From an uncultured Gemmatimonadota bacterium (GTDB lineage: Bacteria; Blakebacterota; Blakebacteria; Blakebacterales; Blakebacteraceae): a stretch of 58,488 bases of DNA. Below, piece after piece: positions 45,291 to 53,943 of this stretch. The number at the start of each line of letters is the position of its first letter. Within the stretch, counting starts at the first letter, position 1. A program made the position numbers and the translations under genes. The stretch covers positions 1 to 58,488 of the forward strand of contig CAZNUA010000022.1 in the NCBI GenBank assembly GCA_964576115.1. The letters run 5' to 3'. The notes below the pieces were generated by a model. That model did not search any database. It saw only the letters and a list, made by a program, of their open reading frames with translations, and was not told the origin of the DNA.

Positions 45291-48218
45291 TCACGATCCT
45301 TCCGGGTTGGTGGTGAAGGGAACGGTGAAGTGGTAGCGCCCCGAACCGGCGTGAAAGAGCACGGTGTATCTGTCTCCTATCCGGTCTTCCGATCGGACTG
45401 TCGCGTGCCTGATGTCGAACTCCGATATCCCCGGAGCTTCCTGCAGGGGCTTCTCGCCCTCGCGGGCGAGATCGTGATCGCCCCAGATTCGACCCGAGGC
45501 CGGCAGCGAAACATGCGCGATTGTATTGGGCGGAACCGTCAGATCCACCTCGAGGGCATCTCCCTCGATCCGCCAGGCAACCTCGATCGGGCCCCGGATC
45601 GACTCATACCTCCCGCGGGCCCATGTGAGCCCACCGCCGGGACGGGGTTGTACCTCGAACTGCTCATAGCCCGGATACTCCTCGTCGGGAGCAAGCCCCA
45701 CCACGTTCTGCCAGATCCACTCCCCGATCGAGCCGAAGGCGTAGTGGTTGAAAGAGTTCATGCCGGGATCGTGGAAACCCCGTCCGGCCACATAGCCGTC
45801 CCAGCGCTCCCACATGGTGGTCGCCCCCTGATCGATCATGTAGCCCCACGAGGGCGGGGTGCGGAGGGTGAGCAGCTCGTAGGCCCGCTCCAGCGGCAGC
45901 ACTCGCAGGGCCGGCAGGGTGGTATGAAAACCGGTCGAAAGATGACCGTTGAAACGTTCCAGGGCGGGGACGAGCCGGTTCCATATCCCCATCATCTGGT
46001 CCACAATCCGGCGCCCTGTCCCGGTTGAGTCATACAAGAACAGTCTCCGGTCATAGGCCAGGACGTAACCGCCCAGAGTATCGCCCCGCATCGCGCCATC
46101 GGCGTCCACATAGGTCGTCATGAAGGCCCGTTTGATCCGTTCGTAGAGTTCGTCATACCGCGCGGCGTCATCCTCCCGGCCCAGGATCTGAGCCATGCGC
46201 GCCACCAGGCGGGTCGACTCGGCCCAGGTGGCGGTGGCGAAGAGGTCTTTGGGAACTGTACTGCTCCCGGTCGGAAAGCCCTCGAGCCGCACCAGATCGC
46301 CGTTGAGCCAGTCGCCGTAATCGTTGCCGCGGTTACGGGTCCAGAGGTAGTCGGGGTTTTCCGCCGCGATCCAGTCGATCCAGCGCCGGGCGGCCTCGAA
46401 GTTCTCCGTGAGGGCCCGCTCATCGGCGTAGTTGAGATAGAGGCGCCAGGGGATGACGACCCCGGCGTCGCCCCAGGCGGGCACGCCGGCGAAGGCGTCG
46501 GTGTTGCGGGCTGGACCCCGCGGCGCGAAATCGGGAAAACGGCCGTCGGGGAGCTGGCCGTCGCGCAGGTCGCCGCAGAACTTGGTGAAGAAGGCGGCCA
46601 TATCCATCGTATAGGCGGCCGTCTGAGCGAAAATGTTGATATCACCGGTCCAGCCCAGCCGTTCGTCTCGCTGGGGACAGTCGGTCGGCACGCCGTGCAG
46701 GTTGCCGCGCAGTCCCCAGCGGATGTTCTCCATGAGCCGGTTGAGCAGGTCGCTCGAGCAGGAGAACTCGCTCACCTCCGGTGCCCGGGTACAGAAGGGC
46801 AGGCCGACCAGTTTCTCGATCCGCGGCGCTTCGGGCTCGCCGGTCACCTCGACATAGCGGAATCCATGATAGGTGAAGTGAGGTTCGAAGACCTCCCGCC
46901 CCGAGCCGTCGAGAACATACGTCTCGGTCGCCTTCGCCCCCCGCAGGTTGGCGACATAGATGGTCCCGTCTTCGGCGAGCCGCTCGGCATGACGCACGCG
47001 TACCGTCGTGCCGGCCGGGCCCCGCAGGGTCAGCCGGCACCAGCCGACCATGTTCTGCCCCAGATCGTAGACCCGGACTCCGGGAGCGGGTTCGGTGACT
47101 GTGACCGGTTCGAGTTCGGCGAAAACCCCGATCGGTTCCGCGGGCTGCCAGCAGAGACGGGTGGCGTCGCGCGGGACCACCTCGACCGCCTCCCAGGCAC
47201 TGTCATCGAAACCCGGTTCGTCCCAGCCGGGCATGGCCCGGCGGGCATCGATCGTCTCGCCGTCGTAGATCCCCGCGGCCCGGATCGGCCCCTCGAGAGT
47301 GGCCCGCCACTCGCTGTCCGAGGTGATCGTCATCCGCTCTCCGGCGGTCGTATCGAGCTCGAGCTGAAGCAGTAACTGGGGGTACTCGCCGTAGACGTCG
47401 TTCCAGGCTTCCCACCCCAGGCGGCCGGCGTACCACCCCTCGCCCAACAGAACCCCCAGGGCATTCGCACCCCGCTGCACAAGTCCGGTCACGTCGTAGG
47501 TCTGGTACTGAATCCGGCGATCGTACGCGGTCCATTCCGGCGCAAGGATCCGCTCCCCCACCCGCCGGCCGTTCAGACGGACCTCGTAGACCCCCCGAGC
47601 GGTGATATAGAGGGTGGCCCGCTCGACCCGGTCGGCCAGCGCGAATTCGCGGCGCAGCAGCGGTGCGGCCTGGGCCGGCCTGTTCCCTTCCCGTTCGGGG
47701 CCCGCTTCTTCCGGCAGGGGAGGCCGGGGCAGACCGATCCACTCGGCCGACCAGTCGGCCGGTTCGAGCAAACCCATCGACCAGCGGGCCGGCTCGCTCC
47801 ACTCCGACTCAGCTCCCTCCCGGTCCCTGACCCGCACCTTCCACCAGCACACCATCTGGGAGCGCAGGGGTGCACCCGCGTACTGAACCCCGAGCTGCCG
47901 ATCGGACTCGACCCAGCCGCTGTCCCATAGCTCGCCCTCATCGCGATCCAGCGCAGCCTCACTGCCGGCCACCACGACCCGCCAGGCGGTCTGGACCTGT
48001 CCCCGATCGGAGACGTCCCGATCCGTACCGGCCGGTTCGAGGCGCCAGCTCAGCCGGGGTCCGGTCACATCGATGCCCTGCGGATCGATCCGGTACTCGC
48101 ACTCCAGATCGGCAGGGCGGATGGCGGCTTTCGGCCGATGCGCACACCCGGTCAGAACCGTCCCCGAGAAACAGGTGGTCAGGACGATCAACAGGATGGA
48201 AGTCTGAGACCTGATCAT
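45291..48218 (-). CDS. GH78 alpha-L-rhamnosidase (lipoprotein)
   Basis: Lipobox LTGC; PRLSW, DLGQNMVGW, FTYHGFRY, PTDCPQRDERLGWTGD, GATTMWERW and SFNHYAFG motifs. Confidence 0.93.
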   Translation of the reverse strand: MIRSQTSILLIVLTTCFSGTVLTGCAHRPKAAIRPADLECEYRIDPQGIDVTGPRLSWRLEPAGTDRDVSDRGQVQTAWRVVVAGSEAALDRDEGELWDSGWVESDRQLGVQYAGAPLRSQMVCWWKVRVRDREGAESEWSEPARWSMGLLEPADWSAEWIGLPRPPLPEEAGPEREGNRPAQAAPLLRREFALADRVERATLYITARGVYEVRLNGRRVGERILAPEWTAYDRRIQYQTYDVTGLVQRGANALGVLLGEGWYAGRLGWEAWNDVYGEYPQLLLQLELDTTAGERMTITSDSEWRATLEGPIRAAGIYDGETIDARRAMPGWDEPGFDDSAWEAVEVVPRDATRLCWQPAEPIGVFAELEPVTVTEPAPGVRVYDLGQNMVGWCRLTLRGPAGTTVRVRHAERLAEDGTIYVANLRGAKATETYVLDGSGREVFEPHFTYHGFRYVEVTGEPEAPRIEKLVGLPFCTRAPEVSEFSCSSDLLNRLMENIRWGLRGNLHGVPTDCPQRDERLGWTGDINIFAQTAAYTMDMAAFFTKFCGDLRDGQLPDGRFPDFAPRGPARNTDAFAGVPAWGDAGVVIPWRLYLNYADERALTENFEAARRWIDWIAAENPDYLWTRNRGNDYGDWLNGDLVRLEGFPTGSSTVPKDLFATATWAESTRLVARMAQILGREDDAARYDELYERIKRAFMTTYVDADGAMRGDTLGGYVLAYDRRLFLYDSTGTGRRIVDQMMGIWNRLVPALERFNGHLSTGFHTTLPALRVLPLERAYELLTLRTPPSWGYMIDQGATTMWERWDGYVAGRGFHDPGMNSFNHYAFGSIGEWIWQNVVGLAPDEEYPGYEQFEVQPRPGGGLTWARGRYESIRGPIEVAWRIEGDALEVDLTVPPNTIAHVSLPASGRIWGDHDLAREGEKPLQEAPGISEFDIRHATVRSEDRIGDRYTVLFHAGSGRYHFTVPFTTNPEGS

Positions 48219-48272
48219 GCGACTCTCTCCTCGTATCGGGCGGGTTTATTCATCCTTTCACCTCTACGGCGC

Positions 48273-50462
48273 TCACTTCTCGAGCAAGAAGCGGTCGAAG
48301 AAATCGTCCAGGGCGTTGAAGGTGATCAGCCAGCGATCGAAGAGCAGCGAGTCGTGCACGTCGTCGGGGAAGACAATCAGCTCGTGGTAGATGTCGTGGG
48401 CACGCAGGAGCTGCACCAGGCCCACCGTCTGTGAGAAAGCCACATTCCGGTCATCATCGCCGTGGATGAGCAGAACCGGCGAGGTCCAGTTCCCGATCTC
48501 GGAGATCGAACTTGCCTGGTAACTCACGCTCTCCGGATCCAGGCTCGAGCCCCACAGGTGCACCCCGGCGATATCCACCCCGGCCGAGAAGATATCGGAG
48601 TTGCGGGCCAGCCCCTGGGCGGTGAGGATACCACCGTAGGAGAGCCCCCACAGACCGATCCGCTCCGGATCGACATTATCGTGGCTCTGCAGCCAGCGCC
48701 CCGCGGCCTCGACGTCGCGGTACTCACTGTTGCCCCGTCGGCCGCGGTCGGGGGCGTTGCGGAACTCCTCGCCGTAGCCGATTCCGCTGCGGTAGTTGAC
48801 CGAGATGACGATGTAGCCCCTGGCGGCGAGGTACTGATTGATGGCATACGCCATGTGGTAGAAGTGCATGTAGTGGTAGCCCAGCAGCATCTGGCGCTGC
48901 GGTCCGCCGTGGGTGAAGAGCATGGCCGGGCGTTTCTCTCCCGGTTCGAGATCGCGTGGCAGGAAGACCTGATTATGGAACTCCAGGCCGTCATCGGCGG
49001 TCAGAACAACGTTTTCGGGCACGACCTGCTCGTCGAAGGGGAAGGACTCGCTCAGGACGGGGAAGACCGCCTCCGGCTCACCCCCGCGGGCCCGCACGAT
49101 CGCCACCGAGAGCGGGCGCCGCTCGGTAGCGTGCAGGCAGGCCACGGTCTCACCCGAAGCCAGTCCCACCGGATAGGTCTCGATCCGCTCCCCCTCGGTG
49201 AGCTGGCGGTTCCGTCCGCCGTCGGTGCGGGTGCGCCAGATGTGCCGGTGGTCGATGTCGCCGGCATTGGAACTGTAGAAGAGCCACTCTCCGTCGGGGG
49301 AGAAGGCCCACTGCTCGGCGATTCCCTCCCCCGGGGTCAGATCCTCCGGGTCGGCCGCCGGATCGCCGTCGACGGCCACCGAGAAGAGATGCCGCCAGTT
49401 GTCCTTTTCGGCCCGGAAGACCACATTGCCGGCCGCCCAGGTGATACCTGAAACCCGGGTGAAAACGGTGTCGCCGGGAGCGGTGTGCCAGAACTCTCGA
49501 GCCTGCCCCGTGCGCGGATCGCCGACCCAGAAGCTGAGAGTGTACCCCCCGCTGAAGGCGGCCTGGCGCAGGCCGTCGGGCCGCTCTTCGCGCTCCTGAT
49601 CAGGCCGGCCCGGAACCTGCGCCGGACTCCTTCCGGGATAGCCCGCCCCTCCCCCGGCCCCCACGATACGCCCGAAGGAATCGCCGGGACGCCGGATGAA
49701 GGCGATCCGGGCCGAGTCATGCGACCAGGTCGGACTGGAATCGCGATCCACTCCCGGAGCCATATAGATCACGGTTCGGGACTCCAGGTCGTAGATCCCG
49801 ATGTAGGCGTGATCGTCCCGGCTGCTGGTAAACGCCAGCAGGCGCCCGTCGGGCGAGGGCACCGGCCCCCGGTTGGTGCCCCAGGCCAGAAAGAGCGGTT
49901 CGGTCTCGCCGGCCCCGGGCACTGGAGTGCGGGCGGTGAGTTCGTGCGGATCGGTCGGCACCCGGTGGATCTGCCCCTCCCGGACGAAGTACACCCAGCG
50001 GCCGTCGGGACTGAGCACCGGCGCTCCGGTCTCGACCACCTTCCACGGCTCGCCTCCCGAGGTATGCATGGCCCAGACCGCCTGCTCGCCCCCGGCCGGG
50101 TCGCTGGTCGGGTTGGCGACCCAGCCCTGGCGGTTCGGGTCATGCCCGCGCACAAAGATCAGGAGCGAACCGTCGGCCGAGATCTGCAGTCCCGAAAGAT
50201 CGAGCCCGTTGTCGCTCAGCCAGTCGGTCAGCCGCACCGGCTCGAAATCGGGCGCAACGGCCGTCCAGACGTTGCGCCTGCCCCGCTCATACGCGAGCCA
50301 GGCGATCCGGTCGGTATCGGCCGCCGCCACCAGGTCGAAAGGCCAGGCGGGACTGAGGATATCCTCGATCGTAAAATCCTGCGCCCGGACCGGGGAGTAG
50401 ATCTGAGCCGACACCAGGAGCAGAATGAGGCTGAGCAGGAGGGAACGTGATCTGTGCCGCAT
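48273..50462 (-). CDS. S9 prolyl oligopeptidase/dipeptidyl peptidase family protein
   Basis: Signal peptide; PD40-like propeller repeats; HGGP, GLSYGG (Ser), HGDDDRNV (Asp), DDVH (His); start 50462 after GGAGG. Confidence 0.92.
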   Translation of the reverse strand: MRHRSRSLLLSLILLLVSAQIYSPVRAQDFTIEDILSPAWPFDLVAAADTDRIAWLAYERGRRNVWTAVAPDFEPVRLTDWLSDNGLDLSGLQISADGSLLIFVRGHDPNRQGWVANPTSDPAGGEQAVWAMHTSGGEPWKVVETGAPVLSPDGRWVYFVREGQIHRVPTDPHELTARTPVPGAGETEPLFLAWGTNRGPVPSPDGRLLAFTSSRDDHAYIGIYDLESRTVIYMAPGVDRDSSPTWSHDSARIAFIRRPGDSFGRIVGAGGGAGYPGRSPAQVPGRPDQEREERPDGLRQAAFSGGYTLSFWVGDPRTGQAREFWHTAPGDTVFTRVSGITWAAGNVVFRAEKDNWRHLFSVAVDGDPAADPEDLTPGEGIAEQWAFSPDGEWLFYSSNAGDIDHRHIWRTRTDGGRNRQLTEGERIETYPVGLASGETVACLHATERRPLSVAIVRARGGEPEAVFPVLSESFPFDEQVVPENVVLTADDGLEFHNQVFLPRDLEPGEKRPAMLFTHGGPQRQMLLGYHYMHFYHMAYAINQYLAARGYIVISVNYRSGIGYGEEFRNAPDRGRRGNSEYRDVEAAGRWLQSHDNVDPERIGLWGLSYGGILTAQGLARNSDIFSAGVDIAGVHLWGSSLDPESVSYQASSISEIGNWTSPVLLIHGDDDRNVAFSQTVGLVQLLRAHDIYHELIVFPDDVHDSLLFDRWLITFNALDDFFDRFLLEK

Positions 50463-50478
50463 GTCGGTACCTCCGCGT

Positions 50479-51747
50479 TCAGATGATTTTCCACCAGGGA
50501 GCGGCGATGATGCGCTCTGCAAGCCTGATGACTTCATCGCCGTCGTACAGGAGCAGAGCGCCGGGTGTTTCCGGGGCATATTCCTCCAGAAAGACCCGGA
50601 GATGGCGTGCGTCTCCCGATCCGGGACGCATACCCGTCTTGATCTCGACCGGCAGGAGCTGTCCGCCCCATTCGATGACAAAATCGACTTCATTACCGGT
50701 ATCGGTCCGCCAGTACAGGATCTGCGGGCCGGGAATTTCGGACGCGCTCCAGGCGAGCAGATCGTTCAGGATCATATTCTCGAGGTCGGGTCCGCCCGGA
50801 TCGGTCTGTTCGGCCAGCGCCAGTGCCAGACCGCTGTCGTTCCAGTAGATCTTCGGTGTTTTCACGAGTCGTTTGGTCCGGTTGACGGTATAGGGTTGCA
50901 GGCGCACCAGCTGACAGGACGCTTCGATGAGATTCAGATAGCGGTGCACGGTCGGGCGCGGGATACCGGTCTGCCGGGAGAGGTTCGTCTGATGCAGCAT
51001 AGCGCCACGCCGCAGGGCCGCGGCCTGCATCAGACGCCGGAAGTCGAGCAGCTTGTCGATCGCCGAGAGGTCGTTTAGATCCCGTTCCAGATAGGTCCGG
51101 ATATAGCCGTCGAACCAGAGTATTCGTTCGGTATCGTCGGCCAGCATGTAGGCCGGCACGGGGAAACCGCCGCGCCGGCATTCGTCGCGCCAGTCGCTCC
51201 GCGGAGCGCTCTGATCCTGAATGATCCCGGTCCACCGGTCGGCATCCTCGGTGAAGAACGCGCTCCAGATTCCCGCTCGTCCCGAGCCCTGCAACTCACG
51301 CCGTGTCATCGGCCTCAGATCGACATAGGTCGCCCGGCCGGCTAGAGATTCCGAGATCCTCTCCATCAGGAGTAAATTCGCCGAACCGGTCAGAACGAAC
51401 CGCCCGGGGATACGCTGCTGATCCTCATCGACCAGGATCTTGATCGTGCGCAAGAGATCGGGCTCGCGCTGGACTTCATCCAGGATCAGATACGGGCTTG
51501 ATTCGAGCAACAGGCGGGGATCACGGCGAGCCTTCTCCTGAACCCGGAAGTCATCGAAAGAGAGGTAGGTGTGAGCCTTCAGGGCGGGATGGGATCGAAC
51601 GAGGGTGCTCTTCCCGGTCTGGCGGGCGCCCATGACCACGACGACCGGTGAAACCCGCAGGGCCCGCTCGAGTATCACCGAGGCGAGTCGGGGCAGGATT
51701 GGTTTAGAGGCGGTTTCCCGCACGACCGGTTCGAAGGGGTCGTACAT
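50479..51747 (-). CDS. AAA+ ATPase with DUF4143 / PD-(D/E)xK-like C-terminus
   Basis: GARQTGKST (Walker A), LILDEVQ (Walker B), LTGS, ESLAGR, GGFP, TYLERD, EVDFVIE and VEIK motifs. Confidence 0.9.
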   Translation of the reverse strand: MYDPFEPVVRETASKPILPRLASVILERALRVSPVVVVMGARQTGKSTLVRSHPALKAHTYLSFDDFRVQEKARRDPRLLLESSPYLILDEVQREPDLLRTIKILVDEDQQRIPGRFVLTGSANLLLMERISESLAGRATYVDLRPMTRRELQGSGRAGIWSAFFTEDADRWTGIIQDQSAPRSDWRDECRRGGFPVPAYMLADDTERILWFDGYIRTYLERDLNDLSAIDKLLDFRRLMQAAALRRGAMLHQTNLSRQTGIPRPTVHRYLNLIEASCQLVRLQPYTVNRTKRLVKTPKIYWNDSGLALALAEQTDPGGPDLENMILNDLLAWSASEIPGPQILYWRTDTGNEVDFVIEWGGQLLPVEIKTGMRPGSGDARHLRVFLEEYAPETPGALLLYDGDEVIRLAERIIAAPWWKII

Positions 51748-51946
51748 GACCGTTCCCGTGTTCTGGAATCCGAGCGATGATTTCACATTCTGAACGAATA
51801 TCGTCCATGAATCAAACGAATTCCGACGGGTTTTTCGCGTGGGATTCACCTCCCCCGGGTGTCGGTGAAACAGAGAAGCAGAGATGAGTCGGGTCCGGCG
51901 GGTGTATGCTGACAGCACTCTGCGGGACCGACCGGGAGAGGATCGT

Positions 51947-52465
51947 ATGGACGACACGACCGTCATGGACATCTACCGGGAAACGGTCAGACCGCTCTAC
52001 GCCTACGTATCGCAACGCTGCGGCGGCGATCGAGCCCTGGCTGAAGACATCACCCAGGAGACCTGGTTGCGGGCCGTGGCCCACTGGCGTCGCCAGGGCC
52101 TGCCCGACGTGCCGCTGGCCTGGCTGAAAACGGTAGCCAAGAACCTGCTCCTGAACACCTACCGCCGCGCCCGGCCGGTCCCCCTCGACTCTCTGCCTCC
52201 TCATCTCGAACCATCCTTCATCGACAACGGCTTCGAGATCGATTCCCCCGCAACTGCCGCGCTCGTGAACTGGGGTCTGGCCCGGCTGGGCCGCGATCAG
52301 GCCGAACTGATTACCCGGTTCCATCTCGAAGGAGCCTCGACGGCCGAGATCGCGGCCGACAAGGGCCTGAGCGAACGGGCCGTCGAGGGCCGCCTCTACC
52401 GGGCCCGGCAGAAACTGCGTCATCACGTTGAGCGTGCCCTGCGCACAGGAGGTGCGAGATCATGA
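51947..52465 (+). CDS. ECF RNA polymerase sigma factor
   Basis: Region 2 LAEDITQETWLRA...AWL..VAKN; region 4 EIA...LSERAVEGRLYRAR.KL. Confidence 0.9.
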   Translation: MDDTTVMDIYRETVRPLYAYVSQRCGGDRALAEDITQETWLRAVAHWRRQGLPDVPLAWLKTVAKNLLLNTYRRARPVPLDSLPPHLEPSFIDNGFEIDSPATAALVNWGLARLGRDQAELITRFHLEGASTAEIAADKGLSERAVEGRLYRARQKLRHHVERALRTGGARS

Positions 52466-53388
52466 CCGATATCCACGAACCCACCCCCGAATTTCTTTCT
52501 CACCTCGAGTGGCAGGTCCGCTCCGCGCTGTCACGCCGGGACCGTTTCAGTACGCCGGTGCGCCGCACTCCCGTCCAGGTGCTCCGCGTGGCCGCCCTCA
52601 TTCTGGTCTCGGTCTTCTGCGGTGCGGCAGGTGTGATCACGGCCGAGGAGATCCAGGAGTCTCGCCAGAAAGAGATGCTTCTGCAGCAGGCCGGAATCCG
52701 CCTGGAACTGGCCCGGATCCAGTACGGCTTCATGCGTTCCCAGCTCGAGGAAACGCAGCGGCTGTATGTTGAAGGTCTCGTCGCAGCCGAAGAGGTCGAA
52801 GCGGCGCAGATGAGTCTGGCCGATATCGAAACCGACGTTGTGAGCCGCGAACTCGATCTGGAGGAAATCCGCCTGAGCGGAGTCGAACCGCGCGACGAGT
52901 TGACGGCGCCCCTGGTGGGCGGACGCGATTTCGTGACCGAGCGGCTCTCTCTCAGACTGCAGCGGGTTCAGGCTCACACCGAGCTCATGGCGCGCCGGCT
53001 GGCCGCCGAACAGGAACGGATGGGGCTCGGGGTCGAGCGTGAATCCCCGGAACTCGAAGCGGACCGGCAGAGGAATGCAGCCTCACTCGAGGTCGAACTG
53101 ATCGCTTGGCAGCTCGACCTGCGCCGCCGCTTCCTGGCCGGCGAGTTGGAAGCCGAAGAGGTCGAGACGCAGCTGCACCTGCGGGAGCTCGAGACCGAAC
53201 TCACGGGGCAGCGGGAACGCCTGGAGCACCTTCGGCAGCAGCTGGCCCGGATGCAGCGGCTCTACGAGGAAGGCCTGGTCGGCAGCCGGGACGTACGGCA
53301 GGTCGAAACCCAATTGCAGATGCGTGAGATGGAGATGCAGCTCGTGCAGCTTCAGCTCGCGTACCTGTACGGCGGCGAGGGAGACTGA
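52462..53388 (+). CDS. Putative anti-sigma factor: short cytoplasmic N-terminus, one TM helix, long helical-hairpin periplasmic domain
   Basis: ATGA coupling to the sigma gene; TM VLRVAALILVSVFCGAAGV; repeats QRLYVEGLV..EEV, RRFLAGEL..EEV, QRLYEEGLV..RDV. Confidence 0.6.
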   Translation: MTDIHEPTPEFLSHLEWQVRSALSRRDRFSTPVRRTPVQVLRVAALILVSVFCGAAGVITAEEIQESRQKEMLLQQAGIRLELARIQYGFMRSQLEETQRLYVEGLVAAEEVEAAQMSLADIETDVVSRELDLEEIRLSGVEPRDELTAPLVGGRDFVTERLSLRLQRVQAHTELMARRLAAEQERMGLGVERESPELEADRQRNAASLEVELIAWQLDLRRRFLAGELEAEEVETQLHLRELETELTGQRERLEHLRQQLARMQRLYEEGLVGSRDVRQVETQLQMREMEMQLVQLQLAYLYGGEGD

Positions 53389-53443
53389 GCGTCAGGTTCT
53401 TTCCCCCCCCACGGATACCAGCACCTGACACCCCCGTCGCCGG

Positions 53444-53476
53444 ACGCCCGGGCACACCAGCCCGGGCGTTTTTCTT
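53444..53476 (+). terminator. Intrinsic terminator after the ECF operon
   Basis: ACGCCCGGGC-ACACCA-GCCCGGGCGT followed by TTTTCTT. Confidence 0.75.
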
Positions 53477-53565
53477 GCAACCCCGCCGGTGGTTGCATCG
53501 TTATAATCAACAGCTGACATCAACTTCTGATTACGTTGCGCGGACTCCGGGTCAAGGAGCGAACG

Positions 53566-53910
53566 ATGGGCGAGTCGAGCAGCAGCATGTATGGCAGTGT
53601 GGACCTGTTGATCCTGAAAACACTCAGCTTGGGTGATGCAAAGCATGGCCTCGAGATCCGCGACGAGATTCACCATTTCTCGGCGCGGGAACTCAGGATC
53701 GAGGGCAACGCCCTCTACCCCTCCCTGCACCGGCTCGAGGCTAAAGGGCTCATCACGGGTGAGTGGCAGGTATCTGAAAAGAACCGCCGGGCCAAGTTCT
53801 ACACTCTCACTGCGAAAGGTCGGAAGCGGCTCGAAAAGGTCATGGGCGAGTGGCTGAGGCACACCGAAGCGGTGCGGGCGGTACTCGAAGTTGCCGAAGG
53901 TGAAGCCTGA
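53566..53910 (+). CDS. PadR-family regulator (acidobacterial type)
   Basis: G.VDLLILKTL....HG..I, EGNALYPSLHRLE.KG, SEKNRRAKFYTLT..GR motifs; AAGGAG RBS. Confidence 0.9.
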   Translation: MGESSSSMYGSVDLLILKTLSLGDAKHGLEIRDEIHHFSARELRIEGNALYPSLHRLEAKGLITGEWQVSEKNRRAKFYTLTAKGRKRLEKVMGEWLRHTEAVRAVLEVAEGEA

Positions 53911-53943
53911 TTCACGAACGATTTCCTGACGAAGGACTTTCCG

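Noticed and set aside
50463-50693. Long N-terminal extensions in the ORF track (S9, ApbE, Gfo/Idh/MocA, TIM barrel, caspase-like, NHL genes)
   Set aside because: They overlap neighbouring genes or precede a clear RBS and signal peptide, so the downstream starts were used.
50479-51747. AAA-DUF4143 gene as a defined anti-phage system
   Set aside because: Widespread stand-alone family; no partner defence genes are adjacent.
53464-53479. GG-N10-GC sigma54-like spacing (GGGCGTTTTTCTTGCA)
   Set aside because: Poor -24 match, and the sequence is explained by the terminator stem and U-tract.
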